From Euglena gracilis (taxonomy: Eukaryota): 64,000 nt of DNA. Position numbers and translations under genes: made by a program. Positions within the stretch are counted from its first letter, which is position 1; each line of letters begins with the position of its first letter. The notes under the pieces were generated by a model, which ran no database searches, had not been told where the DNA came from, and saw nothing but the letters and a program-made list of their open reading frames with translations. Below, in pieces: positions 48,231-59,900 of this stretch. The stretch spans positions 8,372,634-8,436,633 of the forward strand of contig CP154954.1 in NCBI GenBank assembly GCA_039621445.1, given 5' to 3'.

Positions 48231-48563
48231 TGCCCCTGGTCCGGGTCCTTTGGTCTTCCCTGGGTCCCCTCTGGGCCCCCTTTGCCCCCGGGGTCGGTTG
48301 GGTTTCCCCCCTTGGGTCCCCTTTCTTTCTCCTTTCCTCTCCTTCTTTGCTCGCCTCTCCCCGGGGCTTTCGCCCCCGTGCTTCGTCGCTCTCCTCTCCT
48401 CTCCTCTCTCTCTCCTCTCTGGGCTCTCTCCGGTCTCCCTTCTCCTGGCTCGGCCTCGGCCGGGCTCACCGTGGCTCAGCCTTGGTTGGGGAAGAGAGGG
48501 GAGGGGTGGCACACCAGTAAGAGGTTGGGTTGGTGGGTGAGAGCCTCCACAGTATCCATCAGG

Positions 48564-51500
48564 TCAGTAGGGGGTGAGCCAGCTGCCGCCGACGTCACCA
48601 CAGCCGCTCTGCCAGCTCTGCCAGCTGCCTGTCCTGAGCGTCGAAGGCGAGGGGAAGGAACAGAAAGATGAACTGGAACACGACCACCATGGAGAAAATC
48701 CCAGGTTGACGCCAGGCCTTTTCCATTTCCCCATGGGGTGTGGGCAGGGGGCAGGGGTGGCCTCCTTGTTGGGAAGGAAGGGCCGGGTCGCACCGTGGCC
48801 ATGCAGGGGCACGCCTCCGGTGGTGGTGCCCCCTCGCCGCAGGGACGGGTCATGGGGGTGCACGGGAACGGGGCCCCCTGGTGGGAGGGGGGGATCCCGA
48901 GCTGGGGCGTCCCTGCGGGTCGACACGCGGGGGCGGCGACCTCTACCCGTGGGGGCAGAGGAGACTCGGGGACCGGGTCTCTGAGGTACGCCTGGACTGC
49001 GGGGTGGGTACGCGTGTGACATGGGGAGTGATGGGGTGGTGGACGGTGGAGCTGGGGCAAGGGAAGCGCGGGAGAGCGCATCCCTCGCAGACGCGGATCG
49101 CACGGAGACGGGGCGCTTGCCGCTCGCGGGCTGCCGGTGGACCCTGACCGGGTACCTGGGGTGGGCCGCTTGTTGGGGACCCGCCGGGCCAGCATCTCCT
49201 CCGTCTTCTTGGTCTCGATCTCCTTCGTCTCCTCCATCACCTTCATCATCGTCTCCAGCAGAATCATCACCTTCTCGATATATATCTCCGTCCTCGGGGT
49301 CCTGCCACATCCACTCCTCTGGTGGCTCCTCCCAGGACAGCCCAAACTCCTTCTCCTTCTCCTTCTCGATCTCCACGGCGTGGCAGATGGCGATGTGGGC
49401 TTCCTCCGGGAACCTCGAAAGGTACTTCATGATGTCCTCCTTGATGTCGTGTTCGACGAAGTACGACACGATGGGGGAGGCGTATCGGTGGAAGAAGTGC
49501 CGCAGCGGCTCCCACGTCTTCTCCTCGTACCCCAGCCACTTGACGAGGAACTCGAGGTCGCCGTTGGCATCGCGCCGGTGGGTGACCACCGCCTCCACCT
49601 CCCACTCGTCCAGCCGGGAACCCTCCTCCGGCCTGGATTGGCGGAAGTGGAAGAGACAAAGCGGTGGCCCCATCAGGGCTGGATCGTGGCGGTAGCTCTT
49701 GATTTGGGATCGGTGGGCCACCTGCTTCCGGCCATCCTCCATCTGGAGCACGTACGTGTGCTCACTGGTGCGCTCTGCCACCACGCACGGCCCGATCCAG
49801 TACGTCTCCAGCTTCTCGCCGGTGCGGGTGCGTGGGCGGAGATACCAGACCTTGTCGTTGATCTCCAGCTCCGGCAGCTCTTTCCTCCGCTTGTTGACCG
49901 CCTCGGCTGTCTTGGCGTGCTCCTCGTTCAGGATCTTCGCAACACGATGATCGATGTCCTGCATGCGCTCGAAGAAGGCCACCGCGTCCTCGGCCCGCGT
50001 GGGCGGCTGGTACGGCACCCCGCCATACCACCGCTCGCGGCCGAAGAGCACCTGGAAGGGGCTCAGGCCGCTGGGCCCAGCACTGTCGTGCAGGGTCCGC
50101 AGGGCCCGCGGCAGCGCCTCCGGCCACTCCACGCCCTCCGCCGCCTTCATCTTCCTCAGCCGCTTCTGGATCTGCGCGCCGAGGACCTCCGCACGGGCGT
50201 TACCTTCGTGGTGGTATGCTTGGGAGAAGGCATGGCGCACCCCCAGTCTTGCGCACATTGCCCTCCACCAGGCCCCCACGAAGTGGGGGCCCCGGTCCGA
50301 CGTGATGACGCTTGGCACGCCGAACTGCGCCCACTGCTCATACATAGCCTTAGCCACCGCCTCCGCCGTTAGCCCGCGGGTGTGGTGCACGGTTGCGATC
50401 GCCCAGCCGGAGTGCCGATCGATGCATGCTGCGAACACGTTCACCAGCTTGCCGCCCTCCACCTCCACCTCCGGCATCTGGAACAGATCCACGCTCACCG
50501 AACACATCACATGGGGCGGCACTGGCGTGGGCGTGATGCGGAGCCGGAGGGGTTGGTGTGGGTGCTCCGACGCCTGGCAGAACTCGCACACCGCCAGAAT
50601 CTTGCCCGCCAGCTCGCGTGCTCGGGAGGGCACCGCAAACTGGAAGTTCCGGCTGGCCTCATCGAGGAGGCGCTCACCACCGACGTGCCCCGACGCCCGG
50701 TGCTGCTCTCGGATTGCCCGCTCGGTCAGGGCATCCGGCACGCACCAGACGGAATCCTTCACCAGCTTGCCTGCCTCCTTCCGGTAGCCGGTGGGCCATG
50801 GCCGGCCGCGCTTGATGGCCTGCCACGGCTCTTTGAACGTTGGGCACTTCTCATACGCCTCACTCCACTCCATCGCCATCAGGTCCTGGTCCTCGTCTTG
50901 CGGGGCTGCGGCCGGGGTGGCTGCAGCTGGCGGCACGGCAGCCGCCACAGGCGGCACGGCGGCTGCCACTGGCGGCACGGCGGGAGGGCTGGGGTGCCCC
51001 CCCACCTTGGGTGAGACGGCTGGCTTCTTCGGGACGGCGGCACCGGGCGGCTTGGCGGCCGCCTGGCTTCGGGTTGTCACGGCGATCGCTGCGGACGGTG
51101 GGATGCTGCGTGCGCTGGCCGCGGGGGGGGACGATGCTTGCTCGGCGGACGGGGATCGCACGGCGGGTGCTGCTGCCGGTGCCGCTGCTGGCCGTACGGA
51201 AAACCGCACAGTGCGCGGTGTGGCGGGCTGCTGCTGCTGCTTGGGCTGCGCGGACAACGCCGGGTGCTGCGGCTGCTCGGGCTGCCCGGGCGATGCCAGC
51301 GCTGTCGCACTGGGCACTCGCACGGTCGGTGCTGCAGTCGCAGCCGACGCGGTGGGGTGCGGTGGGGGCGGCGGTCGGATTGCCGGACTTCCGGCTGCCG
51401 GAATCCCGGCGGGCGCCGCCTCGGAGGCCGGTGTCCCGGCCGATGCCGCCGTGGTTGCCGGTGTCCCGGCTGGCGGCGATGGGGATGCCGCATTTGCGGT

Positions 51501-54500
51501 CGGGAGGGGGCACACCTTATCCACCGGGTGTACTGCCTTCGGGCAGCTGCGCTCCGCGGCCTTCTCCTCTCGGATCTGCTGCTCCATCTCCTCGGCGTCC
51601 GCTGCCGTCCCGTGCCAGCAGGAGTCTCGGTACTCCTGGCTGGCAGGGTACGCCCCACGCGACAGCGCGTCCCCCACCTCGTTCTTCTCCCCCGGCACGT
51701 ACACCACCTCCACCATGTGCTCGTTGAGCTTGGAGTGCCACCTCGCCCGCCGGCCCTGCGGTCCCGCTCCTCGGGCGACGTGCTCCTTGTACCAGCTCTC
51801 CAAGGACCGGTGGTCCGTCAGCACCAGGACCTTCTGCCCGGTGATGTAGCCGCCCCACTTGTCCAGCGCGCTCACCACCGCGTACGTCTCCTTGTCCCGG
51901 GTGTCCCACCGCAGCCGCTGCCCCTCCGTCAGCTTCCTGCTCATGAAGCCCACCGCCACCGACGCCCCGGGCTTCAGGAGCTCCTCCACCGAGGGGATGC
52001 CCTCCACCTTCGGCAGCTGCTCCAGCACGGCGCCCACCGCATAGTCAGAGGCGTCCGTGCGCAACACGAACGGCTTGTTCATGTCCACGTGCCACAGCTC
52101 CAGGTCCGCCACCAGCGCTGCCTTCAGCTTCTCGAACGCCTCCAGCTCGGCCGCGGACCACACGATGGGGTGCTTGCTGCCCGCCCGTGACAAATCCCGC
52201 GGTAGCTTCAGCTTCTCCTGCAGGGGGGCGGCCAGCTCCGAGTACATACGTACATACCCCGAATAATAATTGCAGAGGCCGAGAAAGGCGCGCAAACTCG
52301 TCACATTGGCCGGGGGTTGCCACCGCTGCACCGCCGCCAGCTTGCCGCTCGCGGGCACGCGCTTGCCCTCCCCCAGCACGTGCCCCACGAACTCCGCCCT
52401 CTTGCGGAACAGCTGCGCCTTCTTCTTGTCCGCCACCCACCGATCCGCCTCCAGCGCCCGCAGGGTCTCCCGCAGATCCCCCGCGTGCTGCCGGATCAGC
52501 TCCTCGTCGCTCCACCCCGGCAGCCGGCCTCGTGCTCACCAGGATGTCGTCGAAGTAGGGGTGGGTGTGGGCGGAGACGTTGCGGCAGGTCGCGTCGATG
52601 TCCCTCTGGAGCAGCGCCGGACCGACGTTGATGCCCTGGGGCACCACGGTCCACTGCCAGAGGCCGCCGGGCAGGTGGATGTTGGTGATGGGTCGGCTTT
52701 CCTCCGCCATGGCCACCTGGTGGAAGGCGTCCCGCAGGTCCACCGTCGAGAAGATCTCGCACTTCGCCTGCTCGCTCACGATGTCCTCCGTCAGCGGTAG
52801 GGGGTAGGAGTCCATCTGCAGCATCTTGTTGGTCAAGCTGTAGTCGCACACCAGCCTCCACTTGCCCGACTTCTTGCGGATGGGGAAGGCGGCCGCCCTC
52901 CACGGCCCCCGCCCCGCCTCCAGCTTGCCGTCCGCCAGGCACTCCCGCTCCATCTCCCTCAGGGCCTCCAGCCGCTCGCCCTTGAGGTTGATGATCCGGC
53001 CCACCACCGGGGTTGCTCCCGGCTTCAGCCTCAGCACTGCCTTCCCATGGGTGCCCCGCGCCGGGGGACACGGCCAGACCCGCTCACGGAACACCCGGCC
53101 TTCGAACTCGTTGATGATCTCGTCCCGCAGCTGCCGCGCCAAGGGATGGTCGACATCATCTTCCGTCTCCACCACCCCTCGCACCGCCTTCGCCGCTTCT
53201 TCGGCCTCCTTCAGCATCATCGCCACTTCTCGGACTGCTGCCTCGTCCGTGGTCAGCTGCCGCATCTTCTTCACCGTGGAGAGGTAGCCGTCCAGCTCGT
53301 CTTCGTCTTCATCATCTTCCTCCTTCTTCTCTTCGTCTCCACGCCGCCTCAGGATCCACTTGGGGTCCGCGTGGAGCTGCAAGGTGTCGCGCCATGGCTG
53401 GACATCCAGCCGGTTCTCCCGGAGCCATGGATACCCCAGGATCAGATCCGTGCTGATGCAGCCGTCGTACGCCACCACCTTCGTCGTCCACGTCCTCGGT
53501 CTCCGCTCCTCGTCGTCGGTCTGGGCCGCGAAGGACAGCTTCAGCTCTGCTTCTCGTTGTCCTCCGGGTAGTGCTTCTCCGCTCACCGTGCGCAGCACCA
53601 AGGGTCTTGTTGCCGCGTGGAACACCGACTCCGGGAACAGCTCCTTCTTCACGAGGGAGGTCTGCGCCCCCGTATCGATCAAGGCCTTCGCCTGGATCTT
53701 CATCCCGCCTGCCTCCACCTCCACGTCCATCAGCAGCTGGTAGCACCCCCCACGGTGCTCCATCCGGCCGACCGTGAACGGCCGGTTCGGGAGGTGCTGC
53801 CACGGCCGCACCACCACCTTCCGCACCTTCTTCGCCTCCTCCGCCGCCGCCACTTCTTCCCGTGCCTTCTCCCCCAGGCACAGGTACCGCACCACTCCCT
53901 CCGGGATGCGGTAGGCCTCCTCCCTTGTGCACCTGCGCTCGCCGCCACTGCCTCCCAGCTGTAGCCGATGTCGTCGTACGCCGTCTGGTCCTTCCACCAT
54001 GCTGCCGCACTTCCCACCACAGATGACGTCGTCCAGCTCCTTCGCCATCGCGTCGCTGACCCAGAAGCGGGTCGGCTTGCGATACCCGTACTCCGCGAAG
54101 CGGCAGTAGTCGATATCCACGTACCGCACTCCGCGCAGGACTCGTCGCCACCGCAGCAAGCCGAACCTCGGGTTTTCAATCCACCACCGCGTAGGCGCCA
54201 AGTACTCCACCAGCTCCCTCGTGGCCTTCACCACCGCGTCCGCCATGCGGAGCCTCCTCTTGCGGGTGGTGAGGGCTGCGGAGTACTCGGTACAGGGCGG
54301 GGACGCCGCGATGACCTCGAAGTAGCCGGGAGCGTACTGTTCCCAGTACCTCCACTTCCTCACGTCGGCCACGATGTCCGGCTTCCACTTCTCGTCCCAG
54401 TCCACGCTGATCACCTTGAAGCCCATCTTCTCCAGCGCTCTTCTGACACTGCCCGTTCCGGAGAACAGGTCCAGCGCCCATCTTTCCTTCTCTTCCTTCG

Positions 54501-55020
54501 CCGCCTTCTTCACCGGCTCTTTCTTCTCCTTCTTCGCCGGTGCTTTCTTCACCTCCTTCGCCGGTGCTTGTCTTTCTTGTGGTGGTGTCTTGTGGAGACT
54601 TGGTGATACCTTCGGTGATGATGTTGTCGGTGTTGTTGATGGCGATGACGTGGATCTTGGTGGACTCGATGATGAGGTCGATGATGTCTTCGTTGCCGAT
54701 GCCGTCGGCGTTGATGAGGACGATGATGTCTTCGTTGCCGATGCCGTCGGTGTTGATGAGGACGATGATGTCACCTTCGCCTTCGGCACGCTCGGTGATG
54801 TTGATGGGGACGATGGTGTCGGCTTCGCCTTCGACACCTGCCGCAGGCAGGGTCTCTCCCCTTCCTTTGGAGACTTCCTGCCTCTTCTCTTTCTTTGGAC
54901 CAGCCGCCATCCTTCTTCTTCATACTCCACTGCTCTTACCAGCCTCGTCCCTGGTGCGGATGTCGGCTGGGGGGTTGACTGCCGGTCCAGGCCCTTCCCC
55001 TCGGGACCTGGACGGCCCCG
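48564..55020 (-). pseudogene. pol: B2 pol (MTase ~53878-54480, PR, RT, RH, IN, chromodomain ~49495-49608) with a single-base frameshift near 52525
   Basis: ORFs 52045-54930 and 48564-52436; cagccggcct versus cagccgcct in B1. Confidence 0.92.
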
Positions 55021-56079
55021 TCATTGCTGCTTCGATGTCGTCCCTGTCGCTTCTCCTTTGCCGGAACCCTTCTCGCCGCCTTTGCCTTTCCCCTTACCCC
55101 TGCCTTTGCCTTTTCCACCATCTTTCCCCTTGGCTTCGCCGCCTTTGCCGGTCCATCCTTCATTCCACGGCTGCTGGTTGCCTTTGCCTCGGCCAGCCCA
55201 GCCTTGGGCATCGTTGGAGTCCTTGGTCTCGTCCACCTTCTTCGCTTCACCTTCCTTTTCTTTCTTCACCGCTTCCTTCTTCACTTCCTTGATGTTGGAC
55301 TCCTCCTGGACTCCTTGGTTGGCCTTGGTGTCGGTCTCGTCATCTTCATCTTCGACATCCACTTCCCGCTGCAATCATGTGGGTGCCGCCGGTTTACGGT
55401 GGGCCGGCTCGGGGTCGCCCATGGTGGCGGCCCGCTGGTCCACCCTCAGCCACCGCACCATGAGGTCGTTAACTTGGGTGGCGGTGAACTCCACGGTGTC
55501 CGGGGCCACCCGGACGATGGCTCCACCAGACAGCTTCTGCCGGTCGTACACCGCCTTAATGACCGCCCGGTGGTCATCATCCGCCGGGACCACCTTGATT
55601 CTTCTGCCTTGGCGATCCACTTTCTTCGGCACGACACCCGTCTCCTCCACCACCATCTCCGTCGCCTCCGCCACCGTCACATCCTCCGGTAGGCCTTCCA
55701 GGACCAGCGCCGCGTGGTCACGGCGCCGATCCTCTTCATGGGCCAGCCGCTTCCTCCATGGCTGGCCCAGCTGGTCCACCACCAGGCGGGCTAGCTCCAC
55801 GTCCGTCATGTCCCCGATCTGCATCGCCAGCGCCTTGGCGTTGGCGAAGTACTCCCGCCACTCGCGCTCCGTCAGCTTGCCCCGCGTCACCACCTTGAGG
55901 TGACGGAGCTTCCTTCGTAGTGCTTCTCGGTCGTCTCCACCCAGCTCGAGGTCCAGCCTCGCCCACAGCTCCTCGAACGGCATCTCCGGGTAGGTCTCCA
56001 CCATCAGGTCGATGTGCAGCGCCGTCGCCTCGTCCACCGTACTCCGCAGCAGCGCCACCCGCTGCGCCTCGCTGAGGAG
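55021..56079 (-). pseudogene. gag: B2 gag 3' part, with a premature TGA at 55375-55377
   Basis: ORFs 55375-56154 and 55021-55374 are in frame and match B1 gag. Confidence 0.88.
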
Positions 56080-56603
56080 TGTCGGCCGCCGGCTTGCGCC
56101 GGCAGCCAAAAATTGCCAGAAGGCGCAAATTTCAAAGTCGCGGCTAACAGCCAATCAGTTAAAAATACCCGCGACTTAAATTGGAAGCGGGTCAAATTTC
56201 GAAGCGCCTTCGAATTTGTTTTTTTTCACAGAACTTGAGGGGTTTTCCCCAATATTTGGCAAGAAGGAATACTATTGTATTGAATTTGGCATTTGGACTT
56301 TGATTTGGAGTTGCAAGCTGAGTTCATTGTTGGTCATTGATTCATTGAAGTCAATTCAATTGAAGGAGCCTTAAACACCACCGCCCACTCCCTCTATACC
56401 GCCACCTTCGCCTCCATCACCTACCACTCCTTGCCCCAAGGTTTGCACATTTCATACATTCACATTTCACAGTTTCAGTTTCAACTGTCTTCTCATTCAA
56501 GTTTCAGAGTTTCAGAAATCAAGTTTCTTTCAGTTTTGGCTTCAAAGTTCCAAGTTTCAGTAGGTTGGTTTTGCAAGGTGTGCAAGAGAGTGTGAGAGTG
56601 AGT

Positions 56604-56643
<40 letters not shown>

Positions 56644-56938
56644 GTGAGTTTTTCGCACCAAATGGCAGATTTTTCGATTTTGAGCAAAATTTCAGAAACC
56701 GCAAAAAAAACGATCCTACGCACCGGCTGGGGTTGGGGAAACCACCTGGGTGAGAAAACGGGGGTTGATTTGAGCCCACCAACCCCTGGAGAAAGCGCAG
56801 GCCCCACCCCGGAAACACCCACCCCCCTGCTGTCGGTGGTCCTCCCCACCGGCGAGGACCCCCCGGGGCCCTCGGCCCGAAGGGACTCGGCGGTCGCGGG
56901 GGCGACCGGCGGCCCGGGGGTGGCGGACCCGGTCAACA
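56080..56938 (+). repeat. Putative family C 5' LTR (~860 bp) containing a (GA)n microsatellite at ~56585-56642
   Basis: Begins TGTCGGCCG and ends CGGTCAACA (imperfect inverted termini), followed by TGGTTAGCAGAGG. The partner LTR is outside the window. Confidence 0.65.
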
Positions 56939-59900
56939 TGGTTAGCAGAGGTTGGCTCACTGACTTCGTCAGTAAGGATTTTTCAGATCCGGTAAACATG
57001 GTACACGAGGGCAGTTTCACCAACCCAGTTGTCTGTGAATTTTCAGAAGAATCTGCAGAAATGTGCTCGTTTTCAGATCATTCTGTCCGAGTTTCAGATT
57101 GTGGTGAAAATTTTCTGAGATCTGTGGCAGAAATCAATTTTCAGAACGAAAAGGAAACTGTGTTTTCTGCAGCCCAGTTTTCAGAACCTGTGGCATCATT
57201 GCAAATCGTGACGGAATCTGTGGCAGAAAACAATTTTCAGGCTACAGAAACTTTATCGTCTTCAGAATTTTCAGAAACGACACAGGAATCAGAATCTGAT
57301 GCTGATTCGGGGAGGGGGTCAATTACATTCATAAGGCCCATCACGGTGGCAGGGCCAGAAAATTTTCAGCTGGTTCCACTGCACAGCAGTGATGAGGAAC
57401 CAGACCCCCCAGCTTACGAAAGCGAAACAGAGGAAGAAAAACAGGCTGAAAACGCCATAATTCAGGAAATGGTTATGCAAAGAATGAAAGCTGCTGGCAT
57501 GTGGCCAGTAAATTTTTCTGGTTTTCAGCAAATTTCTGTGTCGTCACGAGACAGCAGCCCAGGGCCAGAACAAAAAATGTTGTGTTTAACAGCCCAGCCA
57601 GAACCATTGCTGTTAACACAGAGTTCAGAAACGCAGTCAGCACAGCCAGCTGCAGCCCAGCTGCAGGTTTTTCAGCCAGCCCAGCAGTTTTCGGCTGGGT
57701 CATCTGTTCCAGCAATCATGGGGCCAGCCCAGATGACTTCACAGGTTTTTCAGCCAGCCCAGCAGTTTTCGGCTGGGTCATCTGTTTCAGCAATCATGGG
57801 GCCAGCCCAGATGACTTCACAGGTTTTTCACCCAGCCCAGCAGTTTTCGGCTGAGTCATCTGTTCCAGCAATCATGGGGCCAGCCCAGATGACTTCACAG
57901 GTTTTTCAGCCAGCCCAGCAGTTTTCGGCTGGGTCATCTGTTCCAGCAATCATGGAGCCAGCCCAGATGACTTCAAAGGTTTTTCAGCCAGCCCAGCAGT
58001 TTTCGGCTGGGTCATCTGTCCCAGCAATCATGGGGCCAGCCCAGATGACTGGGCAGGTTTTTCAGCCAGCGTCAACAGTGTCTTCAAACACAGGCCCAGC
58101 CCAGGTTTTTGAGCCAATTCAGCCAGATTTTCCACAGACCCAGCCACAGAATTTACAGCCAAACACCAGTTTTTCTGCAGAAACTGGGTCCGAAAACCCT
58201 GAAAATCAGCATGATGTGGAAATGGAATCGGGCTATGGCCAATCTGATGATGATTGGAACAATTGGGGTGAAGAAATCAGTTGCAAAATTGAATGTTTAC
58301 ATGGCAGGCTTTTGGTGCAGGAAGGAAAAAATCCTGAAAAAATGGCTGAAAATCTGGTGGGGGAGGCAGAAAACAGGCTAAATCGGGCATTGGCCATGTC
58401 ACATCGGCAGACATTGAATCTGGTCAATGAGGCATTGGGCATGCATGATCAGCGAATGGCTGATCACATTGCCATGGTGAAACGTGAAATTCAGGCTGAA
58501 CTGAGTGCAACCATAAACGACTTGCTTTTGCAGTTTCAGCAAAATGGTGAAATGGTGCAAAATCTGGCCCAATGCCAACGGCATTTGTTGAGTGTGGAAA
58601 TGGAACGGCAGTTTGCTGAAAAAGTTAAGAAAGTGGAGGATGGAGTTAACTCGTTTTTTGAGGCCCAGGTTGAGGGGTTGAGAAAAAATAAGAGGGATTT
58701 TTCTCAGAAACTGTCGATTTTGGAAAAATCTGTGGGGGAGATGCACGTGGTGGTGCAACAAGTGGGGGAGAAGGAAAAGCAGCAGGAAATTGCTGTTAAT
58801 CAGGTCAAATCTGCAGTCGGTGAGCTAAGCTCTGATCTGGAGGGACGCTTTGGGATCATTTTTCAGCAATGCAAAGGTTTGGGGGAGACTGAGTGTGCCA
58901 ATTTTCAGGCACAGGCTGAGAAATTGAAGGAATTTTCACAGTCCCTGGAGCGAGAGAGCAAAGCTCTGAATGATCGTTTGGGGAGGTTGGAGAATTTTCT
59001 GGGTCGGAAAGATTTTCCCATTGAGAAAGTCTGTGACCTGATTAACAAGAGCGAGGAAACAATTCGGTTGGAGGTGCAAAGGGAGTTGGGGCTGCAAACG
59101 AGAAAGAATTTGGAGGTCATTATCAGTGAAATGTTGCAGGAAAGGTTGAGGCTGAGTGAAAGGGAGGGGCAGTTTGAAAAAGTTCGGGCTGAAATGGAAA
59201 ACTCAATGAAACAGCAGGTTGGAATTTTACTGCAACAGCAGTGCATTGAACTTCGAAAAGAACAGCAGGAGCGGAAAAAATTGCAACAAAAGCTGGATTT
59301 ATTTCAGGCTGAGTTTTTGGTGATGAAAAATCAGCAAGCTGAATCTGCCAAATCTGCGACAGTGGATCTGACAAAGGAAACGAGAGAAAAATCAGCTGGA
59401 AACCCAGAAATCGAAGAGTTTGATCTTTTTGGTTACAACGATTTACCTGTGATCGGGAAAAATCCGGTTGAAATTGAAGGCTATGAATACGCTGAACCAG
59501 GGTCACATGCGACACATGTCAGGCAGGTTTGTGCACGACCTGTGGGGGCAGTGCCTGCAGGTGCAGGACTGGTTTCATCAAATGCAGTGGCAACGCATCA
59601 ATTGATGAAAAACCTGGTAGCTCCAAATTTTTCTGGACAGCCAAAAGACTGGTCGTCCTTTGTGCGGGATTGGGATCAATATTTCAGGACGTTGGTTATT
59701 TTGCAAAATGGACATATGTCTGATTCACTCAAGCTTCAGCTTTTTGCAATGACGCTGGACGACACAAATCAAAAGGAATTGCAATTCCGACTGGAATTGA
59801 ACGGAAAAACATCTTTCGAGGAGGAATTTGACAGGCTTGAAGGGAAATATGCTGGAACTCAATCCGAGTGTGCCAGAAAAAAATGGTATGATGTGAACCT

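Larger units (their letters stand above)
45892..56079 (-). mobile_element. Family B copy 2, tandem to copy 1, interrupted in gag by element C
   Basis: Colinear with 33163-43140. Similarity stops at gctgaggag, where the C LTR begins. Confidence 0.93.

Noticed and set aside
57664-58070. Regularly spaced repeats resembling a CRISPR array
   Set aside because: Contiguous in-frame 78-bp coding units with no unique spacers and no cas genes.
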